Of a DNA stretch of 64,000 nt, positions 29,001-42,000 are shown piece after piece. How positions within the stretch are numbered: the stretch's first letter is position 1; every line of letters starts with the position of its first letter. The notes beneath the pieces are model-generated. The model saw nothing but the letters and a program-made list of their open reading frames with translations, was not told the origin of the DNA and did not search any database. The translations under genes were made by a program, and so were the position numbers. This DNA is from the human T2T-CHM13v2.0 reference genome, Homo sapiens. Location of the stretch: assembly GCA_009914755.4 (NCBI GenBank), contig CP086569.2, positions 12,128,001 through 12,192,000 on the forward strand, in the 5' to 3' direction.

Positions 29001-31578
29001 GTCGAATAGAGTGGCATCAAAAGGAATGGAATGGAGTGGACTCAAAAGGAATGGACTCGAAAGGAATGGAGTCGAACCAAATTGAATCGAATGTATTGGA
29101 GTCGAACAGAATGGAATGGAATGGAATGAACTCGACTGGAGTAGAGAGGAATGAAAAGGAATAGAATGGAATGTAATCAAATGGATTGCAAGTGAATGGA
29201 ATCAAAAATAATAGAAAGGAATGGAGTGTAAAGGGATGATATTGAATTAAATGGAATGGAATGGAATTTAATGGAATGGAGTCGAAGGAATGGACAGGAA
29301 TGTAATGGACTCCAATGGAATAGAATGGATCAAAATGGATTTGAACAGATTGGAATCGAACGGAATGGAATGCAATGAAATGGAATGGACTCGATCAGAA
29401 CGGACTGCAGAGGAATGTACACAAATGGAATGGAAACGAAAGGAATGGAATGAAATGGAATGGAATGCAATGGAATTGAAAGCAACGGAATCAAATGGAA
29501 TGGAATGTATTGGAATAGAATGGATTGGAATAGAATGGATTCAAATAAAATAGAATCGATTGCAATGGTATTGAATGGAAGGGACTTGAATGGAATGGAA
29601 AGCAATGGAAGATATTGGAATTGAATGGCATCGAATGAAATGGAATGGAGCGGAATGGAACGGACCCGAATGGAATGGAATGGACTCAAATGTAATGGAC
29701 TCGAATGGAATCGACTGAAATATAATAGACTCGAAAGGAATGGCCTCGAGCGGAATTTATTTGTATAGAATGGAATCAAATGGAATACAATAGTATGGAA
29801 TGGAATCGAATGGAATGGAATCTAATGGAATGTAATCAAATGGAATGGAATGGAATTCAATATAATGGAGTAGATTGGAATGCATTGGAAAGGAGCAGAG
29901 TGGAATCGAGTGGATTGGAATTGAGTGGAATGGAATCAAAGGGAACGAAATCGAATTGAACGGACTTGAATGGAATTGAGTCGAAAGGAATTGACTCGAA
30001 AGGAATGGACTGGAACAAAAAGGAATCAAATGGACAGGAATGGAATGGAATGGACTCGAATGGAATGGAGTCAAATGCAAACGCATCGAATGGAATGGAT
30101 TCAAATGGAATGCAATTGAATGGAATAGAAAGGAAGAGAATGGAATTGAGAGTAATGGAAAGATATCGATTGGAATGAAATGGAATGGAAAGGAATTGAA
30201 TGGAAAGGAATGGACTCGAAAGAAATGGATTGGAATGGAATGGTCTCCAATGGAATGGACTGGAGTGGAATGGAATCGAATGGAAAGAAAAGAATGGAAC
30301 GGAATGGAACGGGAAGGAATAGAATGTTATGGAATCCGATTGGACAGAATGGAATGGAATGCAGTTTCATGAAATGGAGTCGAATAGAGTGGCATCAAAA
30401 GGAATGGAATGGAGTGGACTCAAAAGGAATGGACTCGAAAGGAATGGAGTCGAACCAAATTGAATCAAATGGATTGGATTCGAACAGAATGGAATGGAAT
30501 GGAATGAACTCGACTGGAGTAGAGAGGAATGAAAAGGAAAAGAATGGAATGTAATCAAATGGATTGCAAGTGAATGGAATCAAAAATAATAGAAAGGAAT
30601 GGAGTGTAAAGGGATGATATTGAATTAAATGGAATGGAATGGAATTTAATGGAATGGAGTCGAAGGAATAGACAGGAATGTAATGGACTCCAATGGAATG
30701 GAATGGATGAAAATGGATTTGAACAGATTGGAATAGAACGGAATCGAATGCAATGAAATGGAATGGACTCGATCAGAACGGACTGGAGAGGAATGTACAC
30801 AAATGGAATGGAAACGAAAGGAATGGAATGAAATGGAATGGAATGCAATGGAATTGAAAGGAACGGAATCAAATGGAATGGAATGGAATGGAATGGATTG
30901 GAATAGAATGGATTCAAATAAAATAGAATCGATTGCAATGGTATTGAATGGAAGGGACTTGAATGGAATGGAAAGCAATGGAAGATATTGGAATCGAATG
31001 GCATCGAATGAAATGGAATGGAACGGAATGGAACGGACCCGAATGGAATGGAATGGACTCAAATGTAATGGACTCGAATGGAATCGACTGAAATATAATA
31101 GACTCGAAAGGAATGGCCTCGAGCGGAATTTATTTGAATAGAATGGAATCAAATGGAATACAATAGTATGGAATGGAATCGAATGGAATGGAATCGAATG
31201 GAATGTAATCAAATGGAATGGAACGGAATTCAATATAATGGAGTAGAATGGAATGCATTGGAAAGGAGCACAGTGGAATCGAGTGGATTGGAATCGAGTG
31301 GAATGGAATCAAAGGGAACGAAATCGAATTGAATGGACTTGAATGGAATTGCGTCGAAAGGAATTGACTCGAAAGGAATGGACTGGAACAAAAAGGAATC
31401 AAATGGACAGGAATGGAATGGAATGGACTCGAATGGAATGGAGTCAAATGCAAACGCATCGAATGGAATGGATTCAAATGGAATGCAATTGAATGGAATA
31501 GAAAGGAAGAGAATGGAATTGAGAGTAATGGAAAGATATCGATTGGAATGAAATGGAATGGAAAGGAATTGAATGGAA
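26097..31578 (+). repeat. Array A super-repeat copy 2: 5482 bp block of four HOR units (1378+1353+1378+1373 bp)
   Basis: Same order of unit-length variants and shared diagnostic substitutions as 20615-26096. The 20 bp deletion at ~28550 matches the one at ~23068. Confidence 0.8.
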
Positions 31579-34500
31579 AGGAATGGACTCGAAAGAAATG
31601 GATTGGAATGGAATGGTCTCCAATGGAATGGACTGGAGTGGAATGGAATCGAATGGAAAGAAAAGAATGGAACGGAATGGAACGGAAAGGAATAGAATGT
31701 TATGGAATCCGATTGGACAGAATGGAATGGAATGCAGTTTCATGAAATGGAGTCGAATAGAGTGGCATCAAAAGGAATGGAATGGAGTGGACTCAAAAGG
31801 AATGGACTCGAAAGGAATGGAGTCTAACCAAATTGAATCGAATGGATTGGAGTCGAACAGAATGGAATGGAATGGAATGAACTCGACTGGAGTAGAGAGG
31901 AATGAAAAGGAATAGAATGGAATGTAATCAAATGGATTGCAAGTGAATGGAATCAAAAATAATAGAAAGGAATGGAGTGTAAAGGGATGATATTCAATTA
32001 AATGGAATGGAACGGAATTTAATGGAATGGAGTCGAAGGAATGGACAGGAATGTAATGGACTCCAATGGAATGGAATGTATCAAAATGGATTTGAACAGA
32101 TTGGAATGGAACGGAATGGAATGCAATGAAATGGAATGGACTCGATCAGAACGGACTGGAGAGGAATGTACACAAATGGAATGGAAACGAATGGAATGCA
32201 ATGAAATGGAATGGAATGCAATGGAAGTGAAAGGAGCGGAATCAAATGGAATGGAATGGAATGGAATGGAATGGATTGGAATAGAATGAATTTAAATAAA
32301 ATAGAATCGATTGCAATGGTATTGAATGGAAGGGACTTGAATGGAATGGAAAGCAATGGAAGATATTGGAATCGAATGGCATCGAATGAAATGGAATGGA
32401 ACGGAATGGAACGGACCCGAATGGAATGGAATGGACTCAAATGTAATGGACTCGAATGGAATCGACTGAAATATAATAGACTCGAAATGAATGGCCTCGA
32501 GCGGAATTTATTTGAATAGAATGGAATCAAATGGAATACAATAGTATGGAATGGAATCGAATGGAATGGAATCGAATGGAATGTAATCAAATGGAATGGA
32601 ACGGAATTCAATATAATGGAGTAGAATGGAATGCATTGGAAAGGAGCAGAGTGGAATCGAGTGGATTGGAATCGAGTGGAATGGAATCAAAGGGAACGAA
32701 ATCGAATTGAATGGACTTGAATGGAATTGAGTCGAAAGGAATTGACTCGATAGGAATGGACTGGAACAAAAAGGAATCAAATGGACAGGAATGGAATGGA
32801 ATGGACTCGAATGGAATGGAGTCAAATGCAAACGCATCGAATGGAATGGATTCAAATGGAATGCAATTGAATGGAATAGAAAGGAAGAGAATGGAATTGA
32901 GAGTAATGGAAAGATATCGATTGGAATGAAATGGAATGGAAAGGAATTGAATGGAAAGGAATGGACTCGAAAGAAATGGATTGGAATGGAATGGTCTCCA
33001 ATGGAATGGACTGGAGTGGAATGGAATCGAATGGAAAGAAAAGAATGGAACGGAATGGAACGGAAAGGAATAGAATGTTATGGAATCCGATTGGACAGAA
33101 TGGAATGGAATGCAGTTTCATGAAATGGAGTCGAATAGAGTGGCATCAAATGAATGGAATGGAGTGGACTCAAAAGGAATGGACTCGAAAGGAATGGAGT
33201 CGAACCAAATTGAATCGAATGGATTGGAGTCGAACAGAATGGAATGGAATGGAATGAACTCGACTGGAGTAGAGAGGAATGAAAAGGAATAGAATGGAAT
33301 GTAATCAAATGGATTGCAAGTGAATGGAATCAAAAATAATAGAAAGGAATGGAGTGTAAAGGGATGATATTGAATTAAATGGAATGGAATGGAATTTAAT
33401 GGAATGGAGTCGAAGGAATGGACAGGAATGTAATGGACTCCAATGGAATAGAATGGATCAAAATGGATTTGAACAGATTGGAATCGAACGGAATGGAATG
33501 CAATGAAATGGAATGGACTCGATCAGAACGGACTGGAGAGGAATGTACACAAATGGAATGGAAACGAAAGGAATGGAATGAAGTGGAATGGAATGCAATG
33601 GAATTGAAAGCAACGGAATCAAATGGAATGGAATGTATTGGAATAGAATGGATTGGAATAGAATGGATTCAAATAAAATAGAATCGATTGCAATGGTATT
33701 GAATGGAAGGGTCTTGAATGGAATGGAAAGCAATGGAAGATATTGGAATTGAATGGCATCGAATGAAATGGAATGGAACGGAATGGAACGGACCCGAATG
33801 GAATGGAATGGACTCAAATGTAATGGACTCGAATGGAATCGACTGAAATATAATAGACTCGAAAGGAATGGCCTCGAGCGGAATTTATTTGAATAGAATG
33901 GAATCAAATGGAATACAATAGTATGGAATGGAATCCAATGGAATGGAATCGAATGGAATGTAATCAAATGGAATGGAATGGAATTCAATATAATGGAGTA
34001 GATTGGAATGCATTGGAAAGGAGCAGAGTGGAATCGAGTGGATTGGAATCGAGTGGAATGGAATCAAAGGGAACGAAATCGAATTGAATGGACTTGAATG
34101 GAATTGCGTCGAAAGGAATTGACTCGAAAGGAATGGACTGGAACAAAAAGGAATCAAATGGACAGGAATGGAGTGGAATGGACTCGAATGGAATGGAGTC
34201 AAATGCAAACGCATCGAATGGAATGGATTCAAATGGAATGCAATTGAATGGAATAGAAAGGAAGAGAATGGAATTGAGAGTAATGGAAAGCTATCGATTG
34301 GAATGAAATGGAATGGAAAGGAATTGAATGGAAAGGAATGGACTCGAAAGAAATGGATTGGAATGGAATGGTCTCCAATGGAATGGACTGGAGTGGAATG
34401 GAATCGAATGGAAAGAAAAGAATGGAACGGAATGGAACGGAAAGGAATAGAATGTTATGGAATCCGATTGGACAGAATGGAATGGAATGCAGTTTCATGA

Positions 34501-37500
34501 AATGGAGTGGAATAGAGTGGCATCAAAAGGAATGGAATGGAGTGGACTCAAAAGGAATGGACTCGAAAGGAATGGAGTCGAACCAAATTGAATCAAACGG
34601 ATTGGAGTCGAACAGAATGGAATGGAATGGAATGAACTCGACTGGAGTAGAGAGGAATGAAAAGGAATAGAATGGAATGTAATCAAATGGATTGCAAGTG
34701 AATGGAATCAAAAATAATAGAAAGGAATGGAGTGTAAAGGGATGATATTGAATTAAATGGAATGCAATGGAATTTAATGGAATGGAGTCGAAGGAATGGA
34801 CAGGAATGTAATGGACTCCAATGGAATGGAATGGATCAAAATGGATTTGAATAGATTGGAATGGAACGGAATGGAATGCAATGAAATAGAATGGACTCGA
34901 TCAGAACGGACTGGAGAGGAATGTACACAAATGGAATGGAAACGAAAGGAATGGAATGAAATGGAATGGAATGCAATGGAATTGAAAGCAACGGAATCAA
35001 ATGGAATGGAATGTATTGGAATAGAATGGATTGGAATAGATTGGATTCAAATAAAATAGAATCGATTGCAATGGTATTGAATGGAAGGGACTTGAATGGA
35101 ATGGAAAGCAATGGAAGATATTGCAATTGAATGGCATCGAATGAAATGGAATGGAACGGAATGGAACGGACCCGAATGGAATGGAATGGACTCAAATGTA
35201 ATGGACTCGAATGGAATCGACTGAAATATAATAGACTCGAAAGGAATGGCCTCGAGCGGAATTTATTTGAATAGAATGGAATCAAATGGAATACAATAGT
35301 ATGGAATGGAATCCAATGGAATGGAATCGAATGGAATGTAATCAAATGGAATGGAATGGAATTCAATATAATGGAGTAGATTGGAATGCATTGGAAAGGA
35401 GCAGAGTGGAATCGAGTGGACTGGAATCGAGTGGAATGGAATCAAAGGGAACGAAATCGAATTGAACGGACTTGAATGGAATTGAGTCGAAAGGAATTGA
35501 CTCGAAAGGAATGGACTGGAACAAAAAGGAATCAAATGGACAGGAATGGAATGGAATGGACTCGAATGGAATGGAGTCAAATGCAAACGCATCGAATGGA
35601 ATGGATTCAAATGGAATGCAATTGAATGGAATAGAAAGGAAGAGAATGGAATTGAGAGTAATGGAAAGATATCGATTGGAATGAAATGGAATGGAAAGGA
35701 ATTGAATGGAAAGGAATGGACTCAAAAGAAATGGATTGGAATGGAATGGTCTCCAATGGAATGGACTGGAGTGGAATGGAATCGAATGGAAAGAAAAGAA
35801 TGGAACGGAATGGAACGGAAAGGAATAGAATGTTATGGAATCCGATTGGACAGAATGGAATGGAATGCAGTTTCATGAAATGGAGTCGAATAGAGTGGCA
35901 TCAAAAGGAATGGAATGGACTGGATTCAAAAGGAATGGACTCGAAAGGAATGGAGTCGAACCAAATTGAATCAAATGGATTGGATTCGAACAGAATGGAA
36001 TGGAATGGAATGAACTCGACTGGGGTAGAGAGGAATGAAAAGGAATAGAATGGAATGTAATCAAATGGATTGCAAGTGAATGGAATCAAAAATAATAGAA
36101 AGGAATGGAGTGTAAAGGGATGATATTGAATTAAATGGAATGGAATGGAATTTAATGGAATGGAGTCGAAGGAATGGACAGGAATGTAATGGACTCCAAT
36201 GTAATGGAATGGATCAAAATGGATTTGAACAGATTGGAATCGAACGGAATGGAATGCAATGAAATGGAATGGACTCGATCAGAACGGACTGGAGAGGAAT
36301 GTACACAAATGGAATGGAAACGAAAGGAATGGAATGAAATGGAATGGAATGCAATGGAATTGAAAGGAACGGAATCAAATGGAATGGAATGGAATGGAAT
36401 GGATTGGAATAGAATGGATTCAAATAAAATAGAATCGATTGCAATGGTATTGAATGGAAGGGACTTGAATGGAATGGAAAGCAATGGAAGATATTGGAAT
36501 CGAATGGCATCGAATGAAATGGAATGGAACGGAATGGAACGGACCCGAATGGAATGGAATGGACTCAAATGTAATGGACTCGAATGGAATCGACTGAAAT
36601 ATAATAGACTCGAAAGGAATGGCCTCGAGCGGAATTTATTTGAATAGAATGGAATCAAATGGAATACAATAGTATGGAATGGAATCGAATGGAATGGAAT
36701 CGAATGGAATGTAATCAAATGGAATGGAACGGAATTCAATATAATGGAGTAGAATGGAATGCATTGGAAAGGAGCAGAGTGGAATCGAGTGGATTGGAAT
36801 CGAGTGGAATGGAATCAAAGGGAACGAAATCGAATTGAATGGACTTGAATGGAATTGCGTCGATAGGAATTGACTCGAAAGGAATGGACTGGAACAAAAA
36901 GGAATCAAATGGACAGGAATGGAATGGAATGGACTCGAATGGAATGGAGTCAAATGCAAACGCATCGAATGGAATGGATTCAAATGGAATGCAATTGAAT
37001 GGAATAGAAAGGAAGAGAATGGAATTGAGAGTAATGGAAAGATATCGATTGGAATGAAATGGAATGGAAAGGAATTGAATGGAAAGGAATGGACTCGAAA
37101 GAAATGGATTGGAATGGAATGGTCTCCAATGGAATGGACTGGAGTGGAATGTAATCGAATGGAAAGAAAAGAATGGAACGGAATGGAACGGAATGGAATA
37201 GAATGTTATGGAATCCGATTGGACAGAATGGAATGGAATGCAGTTTCATGAAATGTATTGGAATATAGTGGCATCAAAAGGAATGGAATGGAGTGGACTC
37301 AAAAGGAATGGACTCGAAAGGAATGGAGTCGAACCAAATTGAATCAAATGGATTGCAGTCGAACAGAATGGAATGGAATGGAATGAACTCGACTAGAGTA
37401 GAGAGGAATGAAAAGGAATAGAATGGAATGTAATCAAATGGATTGCAAGTGAATGGAATCAAAAATAATAGAAAGGAATGGAGTGTAAAGAGATGATATT

Positions 37501-37999
37501 GAATTAAATGGAATGGAATGGAATTTAATGGAATGGAGTCGAAGGAATGGACAGGAATGTAATGGACTCCAATGGAATGGAATGGATCAAAATGGATTTG
37601 AATAGATTGGAATGGAACGGAATGGAATGCAATGAAATGGAATGGACTCGATCAGAACGGACTGGAGAGGAATGTACACAAATGGAATGGAAACGAAAGG
37701 AATGGAATGAAATGGAATGGAATGCAATGGAATTGAAAGGAACGGAATCAAATGGAATGGAATGGTATGGAATGGATTGGAATAGAATGGATTCAAATAA
37801 AATAGAATCGATTGCAATGGTATTGAATGGAAGGGACTTGAATGGAATGGAAAGCAATGGAAGATATTGGAATCGAATGGCATCGAATGAAATGGAATGG
37901 AACGGAATGGAACGAACCCGAATGGAATGGAATGGACTCAAATGTAATGGACTCGAATGGAATCGAATGAAATATAATAGACTCGATAGGAATGGCCTC

Positions 38000-38250
38000 G
38001 AGCGGAATTTATTTGAATAGAATGGAATGAAATGGAATACAATAGTATGGAATGGAATCGAATGGAATGGAATCGAATGGAATGTAATCAAATGGAATGG
38101 AACGGAATTCAATATAATGGAGTAGAATGGAATGCATTGGAAAGGAGCAGAGTGGAATCGAGTGGATTGGAATCGAGTGGAATGGAATCAAAGGGAACGA
38201 AATCGAATTGAACGGACTTGAATGGAATTGAGTTGAAAGGAATTGACTCG
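38000..38250 (+). other. In-register transition from array-A-type to array-B-type sequence within shared homologous sequence
   Basis: Upstream (37547-38020) the pseudo-ORF is A-type ('...ESIAMVLNG...'). From ~38218 the diagnostic variants are B-type ('DSNGVESNANAS', 'GMQFNG', 'TPLHSS', later 'MEWSFMK' and the 30 bp deletion). The landmark spacing 37085 to 38458 is still 1373 bp, so no non-satellite junction sequence exists. Confidence 0.65.
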
Positions 38251-39066
38251 AAAGGAATGGACTGGAACAAAAAGGAATCAAATGGACAGGAATGGAATGG
38301 AATGGACTCGAATGGAGTGGAGTCAAATGCAAACGCATCGAATGGAATGGATTCAAATGGAATGCAATTCAATGGAATAGAAAGGAAGAGAATGGAATTG
38401 AGAGTAATGGAAAGATATCGATTGGAATGAAATGGAATGGAAAGGAATTGCATAGAAAGGAATGGACTGGAAAGAAATGGATTGGAATGGAATGCTCTCC
38501 AATGGAATGGACTGGATTGGAATGGAATCGAATGGAATGTAAAGAATGGAACGGAATGGAACGGAAAGGAATAGAATGTTATGGAATCCGATTGGACAGA
38601 ATGGAATGGAATGGAGTTTCATGAAATGGAGTCGAACAGAGTGGCATCAAAAGGAATGGAATGGAATGGAGTGGACTCAAAAGGAATGGACTCGAAAGGA
38701 ATGGAGTCGAACAGAATGGAATGGAATGGAATGAACTCGACTGGAGTAGAGAGGAATGTAAAGGAATAGAATGGAATGTAATCAAATGGATTGCAAGTGA
38801 ATGGAATCAAAAATAATAGAAAGGAATGGAGTGTAAAGAGATGATATTGAATAAAAGGGAATGGAATAGAATTTAATGGAATGGAGTCTCAGGAATGGAC
38901 AGGAATGTAATGGACTCCAATGGAATGGAATGGATCAAAATGGATTTGAACAGATTGGAATCGAACGCAATGGAATGCAATGGAATGGAATGGACTCGAA
39001 TGGAGAAGAGACAAATGGAATGGAAACGAATTCAATGGAATTGAAAAGAATAGAATGGAATGGCCT

Positions 39067-42000
39067 GTAATGGTAAGATACTAAATGGAATGGAATTGAA
39101 TGGAATGTAGTTTAATGGACCCAAATGTAATGCACTCGAATGGAATATACTGAAATAGAATGGAATCGAAAGGAAAGGTCTCAAATGGAATTTCTTCAAT
39201 ATAATGGAATCGAATGGAATGCAATAGAATGGAAAGGAATCGAATGTAATGGAATCAAATAGAATGGACCAGAATGGAATGGACTGCGATAGAACGTACT
39301 GCAGTGTAAAGGATTGAATTCTAATTCATTCAAATGGAATGGAATTGAATGGAATGGAATCCAATGGAATGGATAGGATTGTACTGGAATGGAATAGCAT
39401 GGAATGCAACGGAGTGGAATGGAGTTGAATGAAGTGGAATGGAATCGATTGGAATGGAATCAAATGGAATGGACGGGAATGGAATGGACTGGAAGAGAAC
39501 AGACTCGAATATAATGGATTGCAATGTAATTGATTGAAATGGAATGGAATCAAATGGAATGTAATAAAATTGAAGGGATTGGAGTTCAATGCAATGAAAT
39601 AGAATGGAATGCAAAGGAAAGGAAAGGCACGGAGTGAAATCGAGTGTAATGGAATCGAATGGAATGAAATCGAATGGAATGGACTCAAAAGAAATGGACG
39701 AGGGACAAAACGGAATCGAACTGTTTGGAATCGAATGGAACGGAATGGAATGGAATGGTCTCCATTGGATGGGAGTAGAACGGATTGGAATGAAATGGAA
39801 TGGAAAGGAATAGAATGGAATGGAAAGGAATGGAAGGTAATGGAAAGATATCGAACGGATTGGAAAGGAATGGAATGGACGCTAATGGAATGGAGTGAAA
39901 TTCAACAGAAACGAATGGAATGGACAGGAGTGAAATGGAGTCGAATGTAATTGACTGGAGAGGAATGGGCTCGAAAGGAATGGACTCAAATAGAATGGAC
40001 TGGAATGGATTGTACTCGAATGGAGTGGAAAGGAATAAAATGGATTCCACCAGATTGGAATGGAACAGAATGTAATGGAATGGAATGGAATGCAATGGAA
40101 TGGCTCGAATGGAATGGAGTCGAATGCAATGGAAGAGAAAGGAAAGGAATTGGATGGAATTGAAAGTAATAGAATGAAATGGAGTGCAAAGGAAAGATAT
40201 CGAATGGAATGGATCGAAAAGAAATAGAATGGAATTGACAGGAATGGAATGGAATAGAATGGAATAGACTGGCGTGAAATGAAAACGAATGGAATGGAAA
40301 CGAATGGAATGGAATGGAAAGGAATGGAGTAGAATAAATACTATGGAATGGAATGGAATGGAATGGAATGGAGGCGAAAGGAAAAGAATGGATTGGAATG
40401 TCACCGAATGGAAAGATATGGAATGGAAAGGAATGGATACGAATGGAATGGAATAGAAAGGAACGGAAAGGTAAAGAATGGAATGGAATCGGATAGAATG
40501 GAATGCAATGTAATGGAGTCGAATGGAAAATAATCGAGTAGAATGATATCGAATGGAATGGAATGGAATGGACTCGAATGGAATGTACTCAAATGGATTA
40601 GAATAGAATGGAATGGAACTAAACGTAATGAACTCGAATGGAATGGACACAAATAGAATGGAAGAGAAAGGAATGGTATTGAATGGAATTTATTCGAATA
40701 GAATGGAATTCAATGGAATGCAACAGTGTGGCATGGAATCAAATGGAATGGAATCGAATGGAATGGACCCGAGTGGAATGGACTCACATAGAACAGCCTC
40801 GAATGTAATGGATGACAATGTATTAGATTCGAAAGGACTGAAATCGAATGGAATGTAATCAAATAGAACGGAATTGAATGCATGGAATGGCATAGAAAGT
40901 AATGCAATGGAATGGAATAGACTGGAATGGAATGGAATCGGATGGAATGTAATGAAATGTAATGGAAGGAATGCCATGGAATGGAATGGAATGGAATGCA
41001 ATGGCCCGGTGTATAATGGAGTGCAATGGATTTCAGTGGAATGTAGTCAAAAGGAATGAAATAGAATGGAATTCAATATAATGGAATGGCATCCAATGGC
41101 AAGGAATGGAGCGGACTCCAATGGAAACGACATGAAAGGAATATAATATAATGGAATGGCATTGAACGAAATGGAATGCAATGGGGTTAAAAGGTAAAAT
41201 ATCGAATGGAAAAGAATTGAATGGACTCGAATGGAATATAATGGAATGGAATGGTCTCGAATGGAATGTACTAGAGTTGAATGGAATCGAATGGAATGGA
41301 AAACAATGGAAAGGAAAGGAAGGGAATTGAAAGGAAAGGAATAGAATGGAATGGAATCGGATGGAACAGAATTGAATGGAATGGAAACTAAAGGAATAGA
41401 ATAGAAAGCAATGGCATTGAATGGAATGGAAATGAATGGAATCAGATGGAACAGAAAGGAATGGAATGGCATCGAATGGATTGGAATGGAATGTAATGGA
41501 ATGGAATGGAAAGGAATGGAATGGACTCAAATGGAATGTACTCAAATGGAATAGAATAGAATGGAATAGAAGTAAATATAATGGACTCGAGAGGAATGGA
41601 TTGGAATAAATTGGAATTGAATGTATTGGATTCGAATGGAAAGGAATGGAATGGAATGGAATGGAATGGATTCGAATGGAATGGAACGAATTGGAATGTA
41701 ATTGAATGGAGTCGAAAACAGTAGAAAGAAAAGAAGTTTAATCGAATGATATCGAATGGAATTGAATGGAATGTACGCGAATGGAATGGACTGGAATGGA
41801 ATGGAATGACATACAATGGAATCGAAAGGATTGGAATCGAATGAAATGGAATTGAATGGAATACAAAAGAATAGAAAGGAATGGAGTTTAATGGAAAGAT
41901 ATTAAAGGTAATGGAATGGAATTGAGTGGACACAAATGGAAAGGACTGGAATGGAAAGGACTCGAATGAAATGGACCGCATTAGAATGGACTCGAATGGA

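Larger units (their letters stand above)
1..38100 (+). repeat. Array A: 28 tandem head-to-tail copies of a ~1373 bp HSat3 higher-order repeat (HOR)
   Basis: The landmark 'aggaatggactcgaaagaaatggattgg' recurs at 1, 1374, 2747, 4120, 5493, 6866, 8243, 9621, 10994, 12372, 13745, 15123, 16496, 17869, 19242, 20615, 21993, 23346, 24724, 26097, 27475, 28828, 30206, 31579, 32957, 34334, 35712, 37085 and 38458. Spacings are 1373 bp (most), 1377/1378 bp, and 1353 bp (two units). Six-frame pseudo-ORFs (e.g. 'MDSKEMDWNGMVSNGMDWSGM') recur with the same period and near-identical translation. Copies appear about 97-99% identical by eye. Confidence 0.9.
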
